Notes: a model not told the origin generated them from the sequence alone. Counted from the stretch's first letter, positions 36,593 through 49,682 are shown. The stretch: DNA of 64,000 nucleotides from Chiloscyllium plagiosum (GCF_004010195.1 NC_057749.1:7461416-7525415), one strand, 5' to 3'. A program made the numbers and translations.

Positions 36593-38459
36593 GATACATA
36601 ATAAGTCAACCGTGGTCGTTTGAGGCATTGCTAATGGAAAAGCAATGGGGAACTATATGCTCCTTCTGTATAATCTGTTATGATTGCATGAAATTTGGCA
36701 CTCTTGCTTGTGTCCTGAAGAGTGTGAGACGAAAAGCTTTGGTTATCTGGCTCTCTGTTCAGTTCAATGCTATCAAGAAATATGAATCCATGCCAGACTA
36801 TCTCAGAGATGCCTCAATGTGCTCAGGTGTATAAGAAGGAATGGATTGGATAGGAGCAGGCATCAATTGAAAATTTCCAATTGACTGACTGGCATTGAGC
36901 AAGCAAACCAAGGCTGAATTGAGGTAGGAAACAGCATCAATCAATTTCAATCATCGGAGAGGTTCCAGCATCTGAATAGCCTCTCGAGGAGTGCTGACTT
37001 TGCGCTTCAGGACATGGAAATCCCACTGCAAGCTGCACAAAGTGGTCACCCTATGCAAATGAGGAACAAGTCATCAACTTCCACTTAAAGCGCACATGCG
37101 GCCAACAAACCGACGGGAGTGAAGATGTTAAAGGTCATTTTCTTTTCAACTGATGCTAGAGGATGTTATATGTTATTCGTCTTTCAATGCCAGGGTACTG
37201 TACTGCATGTGAGAAATGGCTTTAGAATTCTCACCCTGGTGCTCAAATCCCTCCTTGCCATTTTTGTAGCATTCTCACAGCCTTATAAAGAACTCTCTAT
37301 CTCTCCATATCCGGCCTCCTGTACCAACCTGATTGCCATCACTCTGCTTCAGAAACCATGTTTCCAGTGCCCGAGACTCCATAGTTAACTAACTGGCTTC
37401 TCTTACAAACCCACTTCTAACATACCTCTTTGACACAGCTTTTGGTTTGCCTGTCTGCCCTCATTTCTGAAGGTCAGGCCAAGGATTGCCTTGGGATTGG
37501 TCCATGCTTACGCGCACAGCATTGTAGTGGCTTGCCACTGCCCTCTACAGGAGTTAGCTAACCAGGGAATGCCTGTCTTCCTGACTGCCACCAGTGTATA
37601 GGAAGGACCTACACTCTTATAATCTGTCTGGCTACGTTACAAACACACATTGTGCGGCCAACAAATTCAGACATAGGAGTTGAATCTGGGCTTCCTTCCC
37701 GGAGATGGGAATGCTGCCATTTGCCACTACAAGATGACCAAACACTCAAGGGGGTCCATGGTTGTCTGTCAACCTTTGTCTCATCATGCATTTCTGTGCC
37801 TTAGCCAAAAAAAAAACCCCAAAGAACACGTTGTAGTCACTATCTATCCTATCTGGAGGCTGCTATGAAGGGAGGTCACCACTACTGACAATTATTGCGC
37901 CACCTCGCCCGTGTTTCTTACCATACAGGGTAACCTGTCACAAATGTCACACAATGGGAAATCACGAACCAACACTACAGGATTCAAAAACATTCAGAAT
38001 GAAGTAGTACAGAAAGTGTGAAGACCAGCTATAATTATTCAGAGATGCACTGATAATTACAATGCACTCAGCCAGCTCTCAAACATGCTCACAAACATTC
38101 TGTAAGCTCAGTACATGGCAATGTAGATAAGCAAAGTGCGGAGTCGTAAAACTCAATGGCTGCCTAAACTACACAGTGTAAAATGTTTGCTCATTCAAAG
38201 GCTGTTTACTGCATTACAGAAAAAAAGGTTTGTCTTCAATATAAAAGCAGTGAGTGCAAAGAGCTGAAGCGACCCTCACTCTCTCATCTGCCTCAGAGGC
38301 ACCATCTTGGAAGGCTGATACTGAGTGAACAGTAGGTAATAGCGGTAATGTATAAAAGGGGAAGGACCTGCCTCAAGGTACAACGACATAATCACCTACT
38401 TTGTTCAAACATGTGGGCAGCAAGTGTAAAGCACTGCTGCACCACAGACACTGCTAACA

Positions 38460-38780
38460 GGCAGTGATACAGTGGTATTCTGTCTGGACTAGCAATCCCG
38501 AATCCCAGACTGAAGCCCAGGGGTTCAAGTCCCCCCAGGGCAAATAGTAAAAATACTTTTTTAAAATCTGGCATTGATGGAAATTAATGCTAATGGTGAC
38601 CACTGTCGATAGTCACAAAAATGTATTTGGTTCACTAATGCCCTTCAGGGAAGGAAATCTGCCATCCTCACCCAGTCCAGTCTGACCCCAGACCCACACA
38701 ATGGGGTTGACTCTTATCTGCCCTCTGAAATGGATCTAATAGGTTCAACGGGTAACAAATGCTGGCCTAGCCAAATCCCT
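38460..38780 (+). mobile_element. tRNA-SINE of the 22081 family, degenerate
   Basis: ggttcaagtcc B box; ggttcactaatgcccttcagggaaggaaatctgcc. Confidence 0.7.
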
Positions 38781-39127
38781 TGGACAAACATGAGAGAAAC
38801 AACTACTAGCTCACAACTACACTCCACTGAACTGTGCAAGCAAACTTATCACACAATCTGCTATTACCCATCTGTCTGAAGAGTGTCAGGTATGATTGCC
38901 AGTCTGTAGTGAATCAGCGCCGTGGATTCAGGAGCAGAGAAAGCCCATTCCTGTTTGCATTCACCCCCTTTGAGTTGGAGTTCAAAGCAGTCATCGAATT
39001 TACCATTCATTTATAAGCTGTGATGCACTTCAAAGTCGAGCAACATACTATCCATCATAGCTTTCTGAATTTGAAGGAGAGGGAGAATTGAGATTAGTTT
39101 CAATGACGATAAGGCCACCAATTTTTA

Positions 39128-39471
39128 GATTAGATTCTGATTAGATTGGATTCCCTACAGTCTGGAATCAGACCCTTTGGCCCAACAAATCCACATCGAT
39201 CTTCTGAAGTGTAATCCGCCCAGACCCATTCCCCTACCCTATATTTACCCCTAACTAATGCACCTAACACTATGGGCAATTTAGCATGGCCAATTCACCT
39301 AACCTGCACATCTTTGGATTGTTTGTGGAAACCGGAGCACCCGGAGGAAACCCACGCAGACACAGGAAGAAATTGCAAACTCCACACAGACATTTACCCG
39401 AGGCAGGAATTAAAGCCGGGTCCCTGGTGCTGTGAGGCATCAGTGCTAACCACTAAGCCACCATGCCACCC
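39128..39471 (-). mobile_element. HE1/V-SINE-like SINE, full length
   Basis: Head, core and (ttaga)n tail present. Confidence 0.9.
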
Positions 39472-39747
39472 CAATTTTCTGTCGCTTCCCTCAGGTGAAG
39501 AGGAAGACAGGGTCATTGTTGTTAAAGAGAGGGCAATAAATTATGAGGAAATAACCAATGGACAACATCAGTTTTTCTACAGTAAGTTGATGCACTTCAG
39601 TCATGGGAAATTGCCATCAAAATCTCGGCCTACTTAAGGCAAGGTGGCAATGACTATGTTTAACCTTCGTCACAAGCTAGGCCTGATCTCCAAGGCTTGA
39701 GTCAGCACAGTCCAATAACCAGGATCCATGATTTGTGAGGGCTACTT

Positions 39748-40300
39748 GTCACAGAGTCCTACAGAACAGAAACAGACCCTTCAGTCCTACTTATCTACAC
39801 AACTATTTTCCCAAACTAAACTAGTCCATTTGCCTGCATTTGGCCCATATACATCCAAACCCTTCCTATTCATGTACCTATCCAAATGTCTTTCATATGC
39901 AGTAATATACTTGCATCTACCACTTCCTCTGGTAGTTCATTTCACACATAAAACACTCTCTGTGTGGAAAAGTCAGCCTTCAAGTCCCTTTTAAATCTTT
40001 CTCCTCCCACCTTAAACCTGTGCCCTCTAGTTTTGAACTCCCCTACCCTGGGGAAAAGACACTTTTGGTTATCACCTTATCTATACCCCTCATGAGTTTA
40101 TAAACCTCTACAAGGTCACTCCTCAACCTCCTACGCTCCAGTGAAAAAAATCCCAGTTTATCCGGCCTCTCCTTATAACTCAAACCTTCCAGTTGTGGCA
40201 AGATCCTTGTAATTATTTTCTTCACTTTTACAATTTAATAATATCCTTCCAATAGCATGGTGACCAGAACCGTATGCAGTACTCCAAAGGTGGCCTCACT
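39748..40300 (-). mobile_element. CR1 LINE 3' fragment
   Basis: LGFFSLERRRLRSDLVEVYKLMRGIDKV. Confidence 0.9.
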
Positions 40301-40619
40301 TAATAATCTTTGCCAATAGTTGGACAGCAACAATGCCTCTTATGAAATGATTGTTTGATGTTCAATTCAGTCTCGATTTGGATCTTGGTGATTGGGGATG
40401 ATGACTTTGCTGAAATATTAGCCTGGCCTTCTTTTCCAGACACTGACGCACTTCTGCTTTAATGTCAGACTCCTTATATTCAATGTTATTATTAACCTGA
40501 ATTCCCAATCGTCAAGTCCTTAGTATCAAGTTAATGACTGGGTTAATGTCTGGGTTGGGAATTTGCAGTCAGGTTTTGCATAGTGGGAACAATGGAAAAT
40601 TCTCAAGTTAATAAAGGCA

Positions 40620-41103
40620 TTAGCGAGTTTTGAAAAGATTTGTAGCTCAGGTTGAGGTTCTGGATGGAGGTTTGCTCACTGAGCTGGAAGGTTCATTTCC
40701 AGACGTTTTGTCACCCTACTAGGTAACATCTGCAGTGGGCCTCCAGGCAAAGCATTGTTGATAATTCCAGCTTTCTATTTATATGTTTGGGTTTCTTTGG
40801 GTTGGTGACATCATTTCCTGTGGTGACATCATTTCCTGTGATTATGTCATTTCCAGTTATTTTTCTCAGGCGTGGTAGATGGGGCCTAACTTGATATGTT
40901 TGTTGATAGAGTTCCAGTTGGAACGCCATGCTTCTAGGAATTCTCATGCATGTCTCTGTTTGGCTTGTCCTAGGATGGATGTGTTGTCCCAGTCAAAGTG
41001 GTGTCCTTCCTTATCTGTAGCTAAGGATATTAGTGAGAGAGGGTCATGTCGTTTTATGGCTAGTTGACGTTCATGTATCCTGGTGGCTAGTTTTCTGCCT
41101 GTT
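40620..41103 (-). mobile_element. PLE 3' fragment (Penelope/Poseidon-type GIY-YIG C-terminus plus 3' UTR)
   Basis: TGRKLATRIHE...HHFDWDNTSILGQAKQRHA*EFLEAW; 3 x 18-bp repeat at 40803-40858; decayed hammerhead near 40700-40737. Confidence 0.8.
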
Positions 41104-41214
41104 AAAGACGTGGATAGGCTTGAGATGAGAATGGGTCCATTCTGGTGCATAGTAAACAAGATGTAACTATTTCAGACACATGTGAACTGTGGTGGTTCAG
41201 TTGGCAACAACATA

Positions 41215-41585
41215 TGTGGCTGCAAATCCAAAAGGTGATGAACCTCAAGTGCAAGTCCTGAGACTTCTTCAGTACATGAAGTGTTGCATTATCGACAGCT
41301 CTCTTTCATAGAAGATGGGTTTTGCCTGCCCTCTTAGGTAGACAATACAATCTTATGATCCCACTATTCCAAAGAGCAGCCTGTCCTGTCCAGTGTCCTG
41401 GTCCTCAATTGACGTCAATGAAATTCATTCTGGTCATTATTCAAGCTGTTTGTGAGAGTGTGCATTGGCTGTTGCATTTTTTACATGACAACTGCGATGT
41501 ATACTTTAACAGTATTTCATTGTCTGTACAGTGACATTTCCTGAGATCATGCAAGGTGCTATATAAATACAAGTTTTTCCTTCAC
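41215..41585 (+). mobile_element. Deu-domain-like SINE, degenerate
   Basis: tctggtcattattcaagctgtttgtgagag...aaggtgctatataaatacaag tail. Confidence 0.55.
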
Positions 41586-41649
41586 TCCTGATAGAAGTCT
41601 CAAGTCTTCTTGCACAAGAGCACAAACTGAGTTGCTTCATAAAGGGGAA

Positions 41650-42450
41650 TATTGATCAGCCCATTGCCCTTTCGCAAATTTTAATTTGGATAAATGCAAG
41701 GTTTTGTATTTTAATAAGACAAACAAATATAGGATTTATACAATTAGCATTGAAGAACAGATATACTTAGGGGTTCAGGTACATAATTCTTTGAAATTTT
41801 TGTCACAGATTGACCAGGTGATTAAGAGGACATTTAGCACACTTGCCTTCATTGCTCAGACCTTTGAGTATAGGAGCTGGGACGTTATTTTGAGGTTATA
41901 CAGGATATTGGTGAGGCCTCTTCAGGATTACTGCGTGTAGTTCTGGTTGCTGTGTTATGGGACAAATATTATTAAATTGAAGAGGATTCAGAAAAGACTT
42001 ACCAAGATGATGCCCAGAATGGAGGGTTTGAGATACAAAATTAGGCTGGAAAGAATGGGACTTATTTTTCACTGGAGTGAAGGAGGTTCAAGGGTGACCT
42101 TACTGAGGTTTATAAAATTATTGAGGGCATAGATAAGATGAATGAAAAGGGCCTTTTCCCTTGGGTGGGGGAGTTTGAAATTATTTTTAAGGTGAGAGGA
42201 AGAAGATGTAAAAAGGACATGAGGGGCAACGTTTTTACACAGAGAGTGATTTGTGTGTGGAACGAACTGCCAGAGGAAGTGGTGGATGCGAATACAGTTA
42301 CAAGATTGGGATAAGTACATGAATAGGAAAGGTTTGGAGGTATATGGTCCAAGCACAGGCTGGTGGGACTGGTTTAGTTTGGGAACATGGTCGGCGTGGA
42401 CTGGTTGGACTAAAGGGACTGTTTCCATGTTTTATGACTTAATGACTCTC
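41650..42450 (+). mobile_element. CR1 LINE 3' fragment
   Basis: DKCKVLYF...LVRPLQDYCV...WNELPEEVVDA. Confidence 0.9.
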
Positions 42451-43051
42451 CAACTTTAAACTCATTGTGCTTTCAGTGAATAGAGCAGGCTACGTTGATT
42501 GTCGCTATCTCAAGTAAATCTGACCTTTGTCTCCCTCCGCACTAATCCCAATTTGGGAAGGAGTTTGCAAGTTCACAGTCCCTCAGTGACCTCACTCAAA
42601 TCGTCATTCCCTAAAGTCTACAGGAGCGTTTCCTGGTTTAAACATGGCTTTTACCAACTGTAGTCAGTGATCTGTTCTCAAATGTGCTTTCCAACAGAAA
42701 TTACTGTCTTTCTGAAAACAAAATAGGCATGTTGTTGATGCTTCCTGTTGCAATGAAAAGGGCAGGAATACTAAAAGTTAAAGGGAGCAACAATTAAAAC
42801 TGCCTGAGAAATGGGTGGTGACGGTTCGCACTTACTGAATAATCTTGATTGAGCAAAGAATTATACTAACGTTGCATTTAATATCAACAGTTGGGTTCAT
42901 AATGTGACTCATTTATTTCTGCTGGAAGCTACATATATTCACAGGCTGGCACCTGCAGGCAAGGGGAATAAAGCCCAGGCATTGTAGCTTATTTTTAAAA
43001 TAAAAGCCTGTTACCTACTGCATTCTCGGTGACAATGCCTTAACCAATCAG

Positions 43052-43340
43052 GATTTGAAGGTGCCAGTGTTGGACTGGGCTGGACAAAGATAAAAACACA
43101 CTACACCAGGTTCTAGTCCAACAGGTTTATTTGGAAGCACGAGCTTTCGAGATGCCTTCCCTTCATCAAGTGGTTGAGTAACAGTACCATAAGACACAGA
43201 ATTTATAGCAAAAGGGTTAGTGTCCTGTCATATGGTCCTGTTCCACAGCCACTTGATGAAGGGACAGCACCTCGAAAGCTAATGCTTCTAAATAAACCTG
43301 TTGGACTATAACCTGGTGTTGTGTGGCTTTTAACTTTGTC
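43052..43340. mobile_element. Palindromic PLE family B module
   Basis: Inverted arms; TSD ccaatcag at 43044-43051 and 43340-43347. Confidence 0.85.
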
Positions 43341-43527
43341 CAATCAGATTTGAATTGCCAACCAAAGAGGAGTACAAATTATTGCTCCCTTTGAAATTTA
43401 GTTTCTGTTGCAATGTGGACAAGACAAAATGCTCCCATGCATGTCTCTTCCTTTCGCAACACTGACATTCCATACTATCCAGCATTTTGGACTCAGTATA
43501 ACTTAGTGCTGTGTGATTTCTAACTCA

Positions 43528-44747
43528 ATATAGGAGGTATGGTTAGTAAGTTTGCAGATAACACCAAGGTTGGTGGTGTAGTGGACAACGAAGAAGGTCA
43601 TGTCACAGTAAAATGAGACCTGGATCAGATGGGCCGAGGATCAGCAAATGGAGTTTAATTAAGATAATGGTAAACTGTTGCATTTTAGTAGGGCAATTTG
43701 GGGGCAGAACTTAGACACTTAATGGACAGTGTTGCCAAACAAAGAGACCTTGGAGTGCAGATTCAATGTTCCTTGACGGTGGAGCCGCAAGTAGACAGGG
43801 TAGTGAAGAAGGCATTTGATACGCTTGTCTTTATTGGTCAGGGCATTCAGTATAGGAGTTGGGAGATCATATTGCGGCTGCACAGGGTATTGTTAGGCCT
43901 CTATTGGAATACTGCATTCAATTTTGTTCTCCCTGCTTAGGAAAGGTGTCAGAATCCTTACAATTGAATCACTGCAGTGTGGAAGCAGGCTGTTCCACCC
44001 ATCATGTCCACACCAACCTTCTGAAGAGCATCCCACCTGAACCCACACCTTTACCCTATCCCTGTAAGCCCACATTCCCCATGGCTAATTCACCTAAACT
44101 GCATATCTTTGGGCTGTGGGAGGAAACCAGAGCACCTGGAGGAAACCCACGCAGGCATGGGGAGAATGCGCAAACTCCACACAGACAGTTTTGAGGGTGG
44201 AACCCGAACCCGGGTCCCAGGTGCTGTGAGGCAGCAGTGCTAACCGCTGAGCCACCTTGCCAGTTCAAGCTGTTAAAAGTAAAGGGTTTAGAAGGGATTT
44301 ACAAGGATGTTGCCAAGGTTGGAGAGTTTGATTTATAGGGAGAGGCTGAATAGACTGGTGCTATTTTACCTGGAGTGTCAGAGGCTGAGGGGTGACATTA
44401 TTGAGGTTTATAAAAACATGAGGGGGATGGATAGGGTGAACAGCAAGGTCATTTCCCCAGGGTAGGGAAGTTCAAAACTCGAGGACATAAGTTAATGCAA
44501 GAGGGGAAAGATTGAAAGGGGACTTATGGAGCAACTTGCTCCACCCAGAGGGTGGTGCATATATGAAATGAGCTGCCAGAGGAAGTGTTAGAGGCTCGTA
44601 TAATTACTATATTTAAAAGGCATCTGGATGTGCACATGAATAGGAAGGGTTTAGAGGGATATGGGACTAAATTAATTTAGGATATCTGGTACTGAATAGT
44701 TCGACTGAAGGGCCTGTTTCCATGCTGTATAACTCTCTGACTCTATG
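43528..44747 (+). mobile_element. CR1 LINE fragment interrupted by an HE1-like SINE
   Basis: SKFADNTKVGG; VDRVVKKAF; ctctgactctatga tail. Confidence 0.9.
43960..44262 (-). mobile_element. HE1/V-SINE-like SINE
   Basis: gtgaggcagcagtgctaaccgctgagccacc head plus core. Confidence 0.88.
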
Positions 44748-46899
44748 AATACTTAAATTACTGTCTAACAGTGGGGTCCTTGACAAAGTTAGCTTCCCTG
44801 TCACTGCCTGGGACATTCGGGTCAATTAACAATCAATTAACCATCCTGAACAGAACCAGGATAAACTAATGCAGACCTATCCCGAATACTGGGGCTCCCA
44901 CATGCATATCGTGCAGCAAGCTGTCACACAGTGAGGCTCCCCAACTTTGTTTGGATGCATTCCTGGACATTTTTTTAATATTGCCCCATGTCCCTATCCA
45001 CCTTGCTCGTGTGACTGATCACTCAACACATCTTCCTAAGTCAATTTCTATGACTCAACGCATTAGCAAAAAGTCCCACTCCCACAAAACGCTCACACAC
45101 CCCTGCCCAAACAAACTCCAACATTTTGATTGCTAATAATCAGAAATATTCAATGCAAATTAAACAAAAACACAATTTTTTAACATGTCTCTGGACACAG
45201 CTGGTACATACACTGTGCCGACTATAAAATTATAATGAGACTACAGTAACAAAGCTTCAAAATTCTCTTTGTTTTAAAGAGCTTGTAAATCAAATGTGGA
45301 GCGATCAAATCACTCGGATTTGAAATTTACATCTTTCCCTCTTAACACAAATTGACCATCCCCACAAACAATTTAGTAATGGCATTAGAATAGCACAGAG
45401 AGGCGATTCAGCCTAAATATCTCACAACAATTTCACTCCTTTCCTTTCTCTTATTCATGGAGGATTTAACAGTCACATTGGAAGAAAAGTTACTGACTCC
45501 TAAGGACGAGATAAAATGTATCATCTAGTCAATTAGGCCGCAGTGTTCAAGTGTGATCGCTTGCCAGGGCTGGCCTGTTGAGTCTCTGCAGAGTTAAGGG
45601 GTACAGCAGTTTAGTTGAAGTCTCTGGCTAATTATCACGTCCTAGTTCCTAGTCCCCACGGATTCAAATAAGCAAATGCCATCAGATTACCACGGCAACA
45701 ACATCTAGCGCCTGCTGAGATGCAGGGCAAGATCTTAACAAGATTCAATTAAAGAGAATTTCTGGATTTTTATTTCACCAGATGAGGCGATAGCTGTATA
45801 AAATGGTGGCAACTGAAACAGTGTCACAACTCACAACAGAGATGGAGCTCACTATCGATCAGAAGCTGTAATAGTTTGAATGCTATGTACTTTTCAAAAT
45901 GTGGATTTTGCTTCTTTCTTCGCTTTATGGAATTAGTCAGAAATTATTTCCGACCGATGTTTTTCAGACAATAAACACTCATTCAGACTACATTTTTTAG
46001 AATTGATTTCTATTTTGGGCAAGGCATATGGTTGCAGATACAGGACTCAAAAGGATAAATGGACATTGAGCATGCAGTCAGGTCAGACTCAAATTTTTAA
46101 ATCGAATCTTTCCTCACGAATAAGATGAGATGAAACTATATTAGATACACTTCTGAGGACTCGAGGGATCAAAGGGTATGGGGACATAGCAGAAACAGGA
46201 TACTGAGTCGGATGATCACTTATGGTCATATTGAATGGTGGGAAAGGTTTGATGGACTGAACGGCCTACTCTTCCTCCTATTTGCTATATTTCAATGAAG
46301 CTGGTAAACTGAATGGGGAAAGAAAGAACTAGCCAGTTATGCTGATGCAAAGTGATGGGTGGAAACAGCGTAAATGCTTGTGCAACTGAAACGGTCTGTT
46401 TTTGAGCATTCTAGGATCTCCATTCACAGTGATGGCAAGCACAGTATGGGAGACTGAGAGTAAACAAAACAGCGGATGCTGAAAATCGCAAATGGAAATG
46501 CAATGTCAGAGTTGCACATTATAGGAAAACCGCTGATTAGTGTGAACTGCACACCCATCAGCAAGCCTTCCTGTTTCAGAGGTTCCATCCACATAGCTGG
46601 CATAAGAACAAAATTAAATCCTGGAAAAACTTAAATATGAAGAGAGAAGAACAGAGTTAATGTTTCGAGGCGAATAACTCATTTGCAATAACACGGCTGG
46701 AAAATGGCTTTTATTTTGTTGACAAAACGAGGAGGAGCAAGTAGATCAAATGGTGATAGCATCTTGAGCAAAAGACAAAGTGGATGCTAATGGTAGTAAA
46801 GGAGTGACCTTGATGTAAATTAGGTGTTAATAATAGCTGCGGATAAAATAGTGACCATGTTCTATCTCGGGTGACCGAATCGCACGGACACCCGAGATA

Positions 46900-47825
46900 G
46901 ACTACACCTCCTCGCACCCTGCCCCCTGTAAAAACGCCATCCCATTCTCCCAATTCCTTCGACTCCGCCGCATCTGCTCCCAGGAGGACCAGTTCCAAAA
47001 ACGTACAACCCAGATGGCCTCCTTCTTCAAGGACCGCAATTTCCCCCCCGACGTGGTCGACGATGCCCTCCACCGCATCTCTTCCACTTCCCGCTCCTCC
47101 GCCCTTGAACCCCGCCCCTCCAACCGCCACCAGGACAGAACCCCACTCGTCCTCACCTACCACCCCACCAATCTCCATGTACAGCCCATCATCCGCCGTC
47201 ACTTCCGCCACCTCCAAACAGACATCAGCACCAAGGATATATTTCCCTCCCCTCCCCTATCAGCTTTCCGTAGAGACCACTCCCTCCGCGACTCCCTTGT
47301 CAGATCCACACCCCCCACCGACCCAACCACCACTCCCGGCACCTTCCCTTGCAACCGCAGGAGGTGCAACACTTGCGCCCACACCTCCCCCCTCACTCCT
47401 CTCCAAGGCCCCAAAGGAAACTTCCATATCCGCCACAGATTCACCTGCACCTCCACCCACATCATCTACTGCATCCGCTGCAGCCGGTGTGGCCTCCTCT
47501 ATATTGGGGAGACAGGCCGCCTACTTGCGGAGCGATTCAGAGAGCACCTCTGGGCCACCCGCACGAACCAACCCAACCACCCTGTAGCACAGCATTTCAA
47601 CTCCCCCTCCCACTCCACCGAGGATATGCAGGTCATTGGACTCATCCACCGCCAAACCACAACAACCCGACGGTCGGAGGAGGAGCGTCTTATCTTCCGA
47701 CTGGGAACACTCCAACCGCAGGGGATGAACTTGGACCTCACCAGTTCCTTCACCCCCCCTCCCCCCACCTTCTCTCAGCCGNNNNNNNNNNNNNCTCCAG
47801 CATCTGCAGTCCTCACTTTCTCCTC
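46900..47825 (+). mobile_element. 5'-truncated PLE (Neptune-like): RT C-terminus, Cys linker and GIY-YIG endonuclease; gap at 47782-47794; family A terminus at 47795-47825
   Basis: Open frame from 46900: DYTSSHP...IPFSQFLRLRRICS; CNRRRCNTC linker; IIYCIRCSRCGLLYIGETGRLLAERFREH; LGTLQPQGMN. Confidence 0.92.
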
Positions 47826-49682
47826 GAAGTCCATAAGGTGTGATGGGATCTATCCCAGGATTGAGGGAGGCAAGGGTGGAGATGGCTGGGACTTTGACAG
47901 AATTTTTTGCATCCTCTTGAGCCCATAGGGTGGCATGGTGCCTTAGTGGTTAGCACTGCTGCCTCACAGTTCCAGAGACCCAGGTTCAATTCCAGCCTCG
48001 CGTGATTGTGTGCATGTGGAGTTTGCACATTCTCCCCATGTCTGTGCGGGTTTCCTCTGGGTGCTCTGGTTTCCTCCCACAGTCCAAAGATGCGCAGGTC
48101 AGGTGAATTGGCCATGCTAAATTGCCCATAGTGTTCAGGGGTGTGCAGGTTAGGTGCATTAGTCAGGGGAAATGTAAAGTAAACGGGCAGGGGAGTGGAT
48201 CCGGGTGTGATACTCTTCGAAGGATTGGTGTAGACTTGTTGGGATGAAAGGCCTGTTTCCACACTTTGGGGATTCTATGATAGGTTGCAGAAGACTGGAG
48301 AATAGCTAATGTTGTTCTTCTGTTTAAGTAGGGCAACAGGGATAACCCAGGCAATTATAGACTGGTAAGCCTTACAGTAGCAGGAATATTATTAGAGATG
48401 ATTCTTAGGGACAGAATGGACTTATTACGATAATCAGCACGGCTTTGTGTAGGGGAAGTCTTGTCTCACAAATTTGATTTTGAGAAAGTGACGAAGACAA
48501 TTGATGAGGTAGGACAGTGAGTGTTGTCTACATAGACTTTACGAAGGCATTTGGCAAAGTCCTTCATGGTAGACTGGTTCAGAAGGTTAAGTCACATGTG
48601 ATACATGGTGACCTTGGATACAAAACTGGCTTGGTCATAGAAGACAGAGAATAGTCATGGAGAGGCATTTTTCCAACTTGAGGTCTGTAACCAGTAGTAT
48701 TCCACAAGCTGTGGATAGTGAGGATCTTTGTCAAAAGATATAGGTCAGTTGGAATACTGGTAAGAGAAATGGAAGATGGAGTTTAATCCTGACAAGTGTG
48801 AGATGATGCATTTTGGGAGATCAAATGCAAGAGGAAAATATACTGAGGGATCTTGGGGTGCAAGTCCATAGTTCCCTGAGAGTGGCAACACACAAGTGTA
48901 AGGTGGTAAAGATGGCATACGGTTCACTTATCTTTATCAGTCAGGGCATTGAGTACAAAGGTTAATAAGTCATGTTGCAGCTGTATGAAACCTTAGGCCA
49001 CATTTGGAGTACTGAGTGCAGTTCTGGTTGCCACACTATAGGAAGGACGTGAAGGCTTTGGAGAAGGTGCAAAAACAGTTCACCAGGATGTTGCCTGGAT
49101 TGGAGTGTATTAGCTATAAGGAGAGGTTGGACAAACTTGGATTGTTTTCAGAGGCTGAGTGGCAACCAGATAAAAGTGTATAAAATTATGAGAGGCACGG
49201 AACGGTGGATAGTTGGTGTCTTTTTTCCCCAGGGCAGAAATGTCAAAGACGAGGGAGCATAAATTTAAGGGCAAGTTTAAAGGAGATGTGTGAGGAAAGT
49301 TCTTCTGTACGGAAAGTTGTAGGTGGGTGGAACACTGCCTGGGGAGATGGTAGAAGCAGAAACTCCATAAAGACTTTAAAACAAGGTATTTTGAAAAGAT
49401 TTATAGTCTGACGATGAAGTTGTTTGGCCATTTTATGAATACACCTTCTGTGGCCATCATGAGGTTACAGCATCTGGTCCAGAGATTGGGACAATACACA
49501 CTGTATCACAAGAAACAGATATGATAGCAACATTGAAGAGGTGTTTAGATAGACACATGAACATGCAGGGAATAGAAGGATTTGGACCATGCGCAGGCAG
49601 GTGGGATTAGTTTAGAATGGCATCATGGTCAGCACAGAAGGGTTGAAGGGCCTGTTCTTGTGCTGTACTGTTCCATGTTCTA
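47826..49682 (+). mobile_element. CR1 LINE ORF2 fragment, decayed, with nested SINEs
   Basis: DGIYPRI...EDWRIANVV...NPGNYRLVSLT...QHGFV.GKSCLTNL...RPHLEY; tail. Confidence 0.92.
47929..48279 (+). mobile_element. HE1/V-SINE-like SINE, full length
   Basis: Head, core and tail; atagg duplicated at the flanks. Confidence 0.9.

Noticed and set aside
47795..47928. C-terminal extension of the 304-aa ORF
   Set aside because: Read-through across the N gap into the PLE terminus and an unrelated CR1 fragment.
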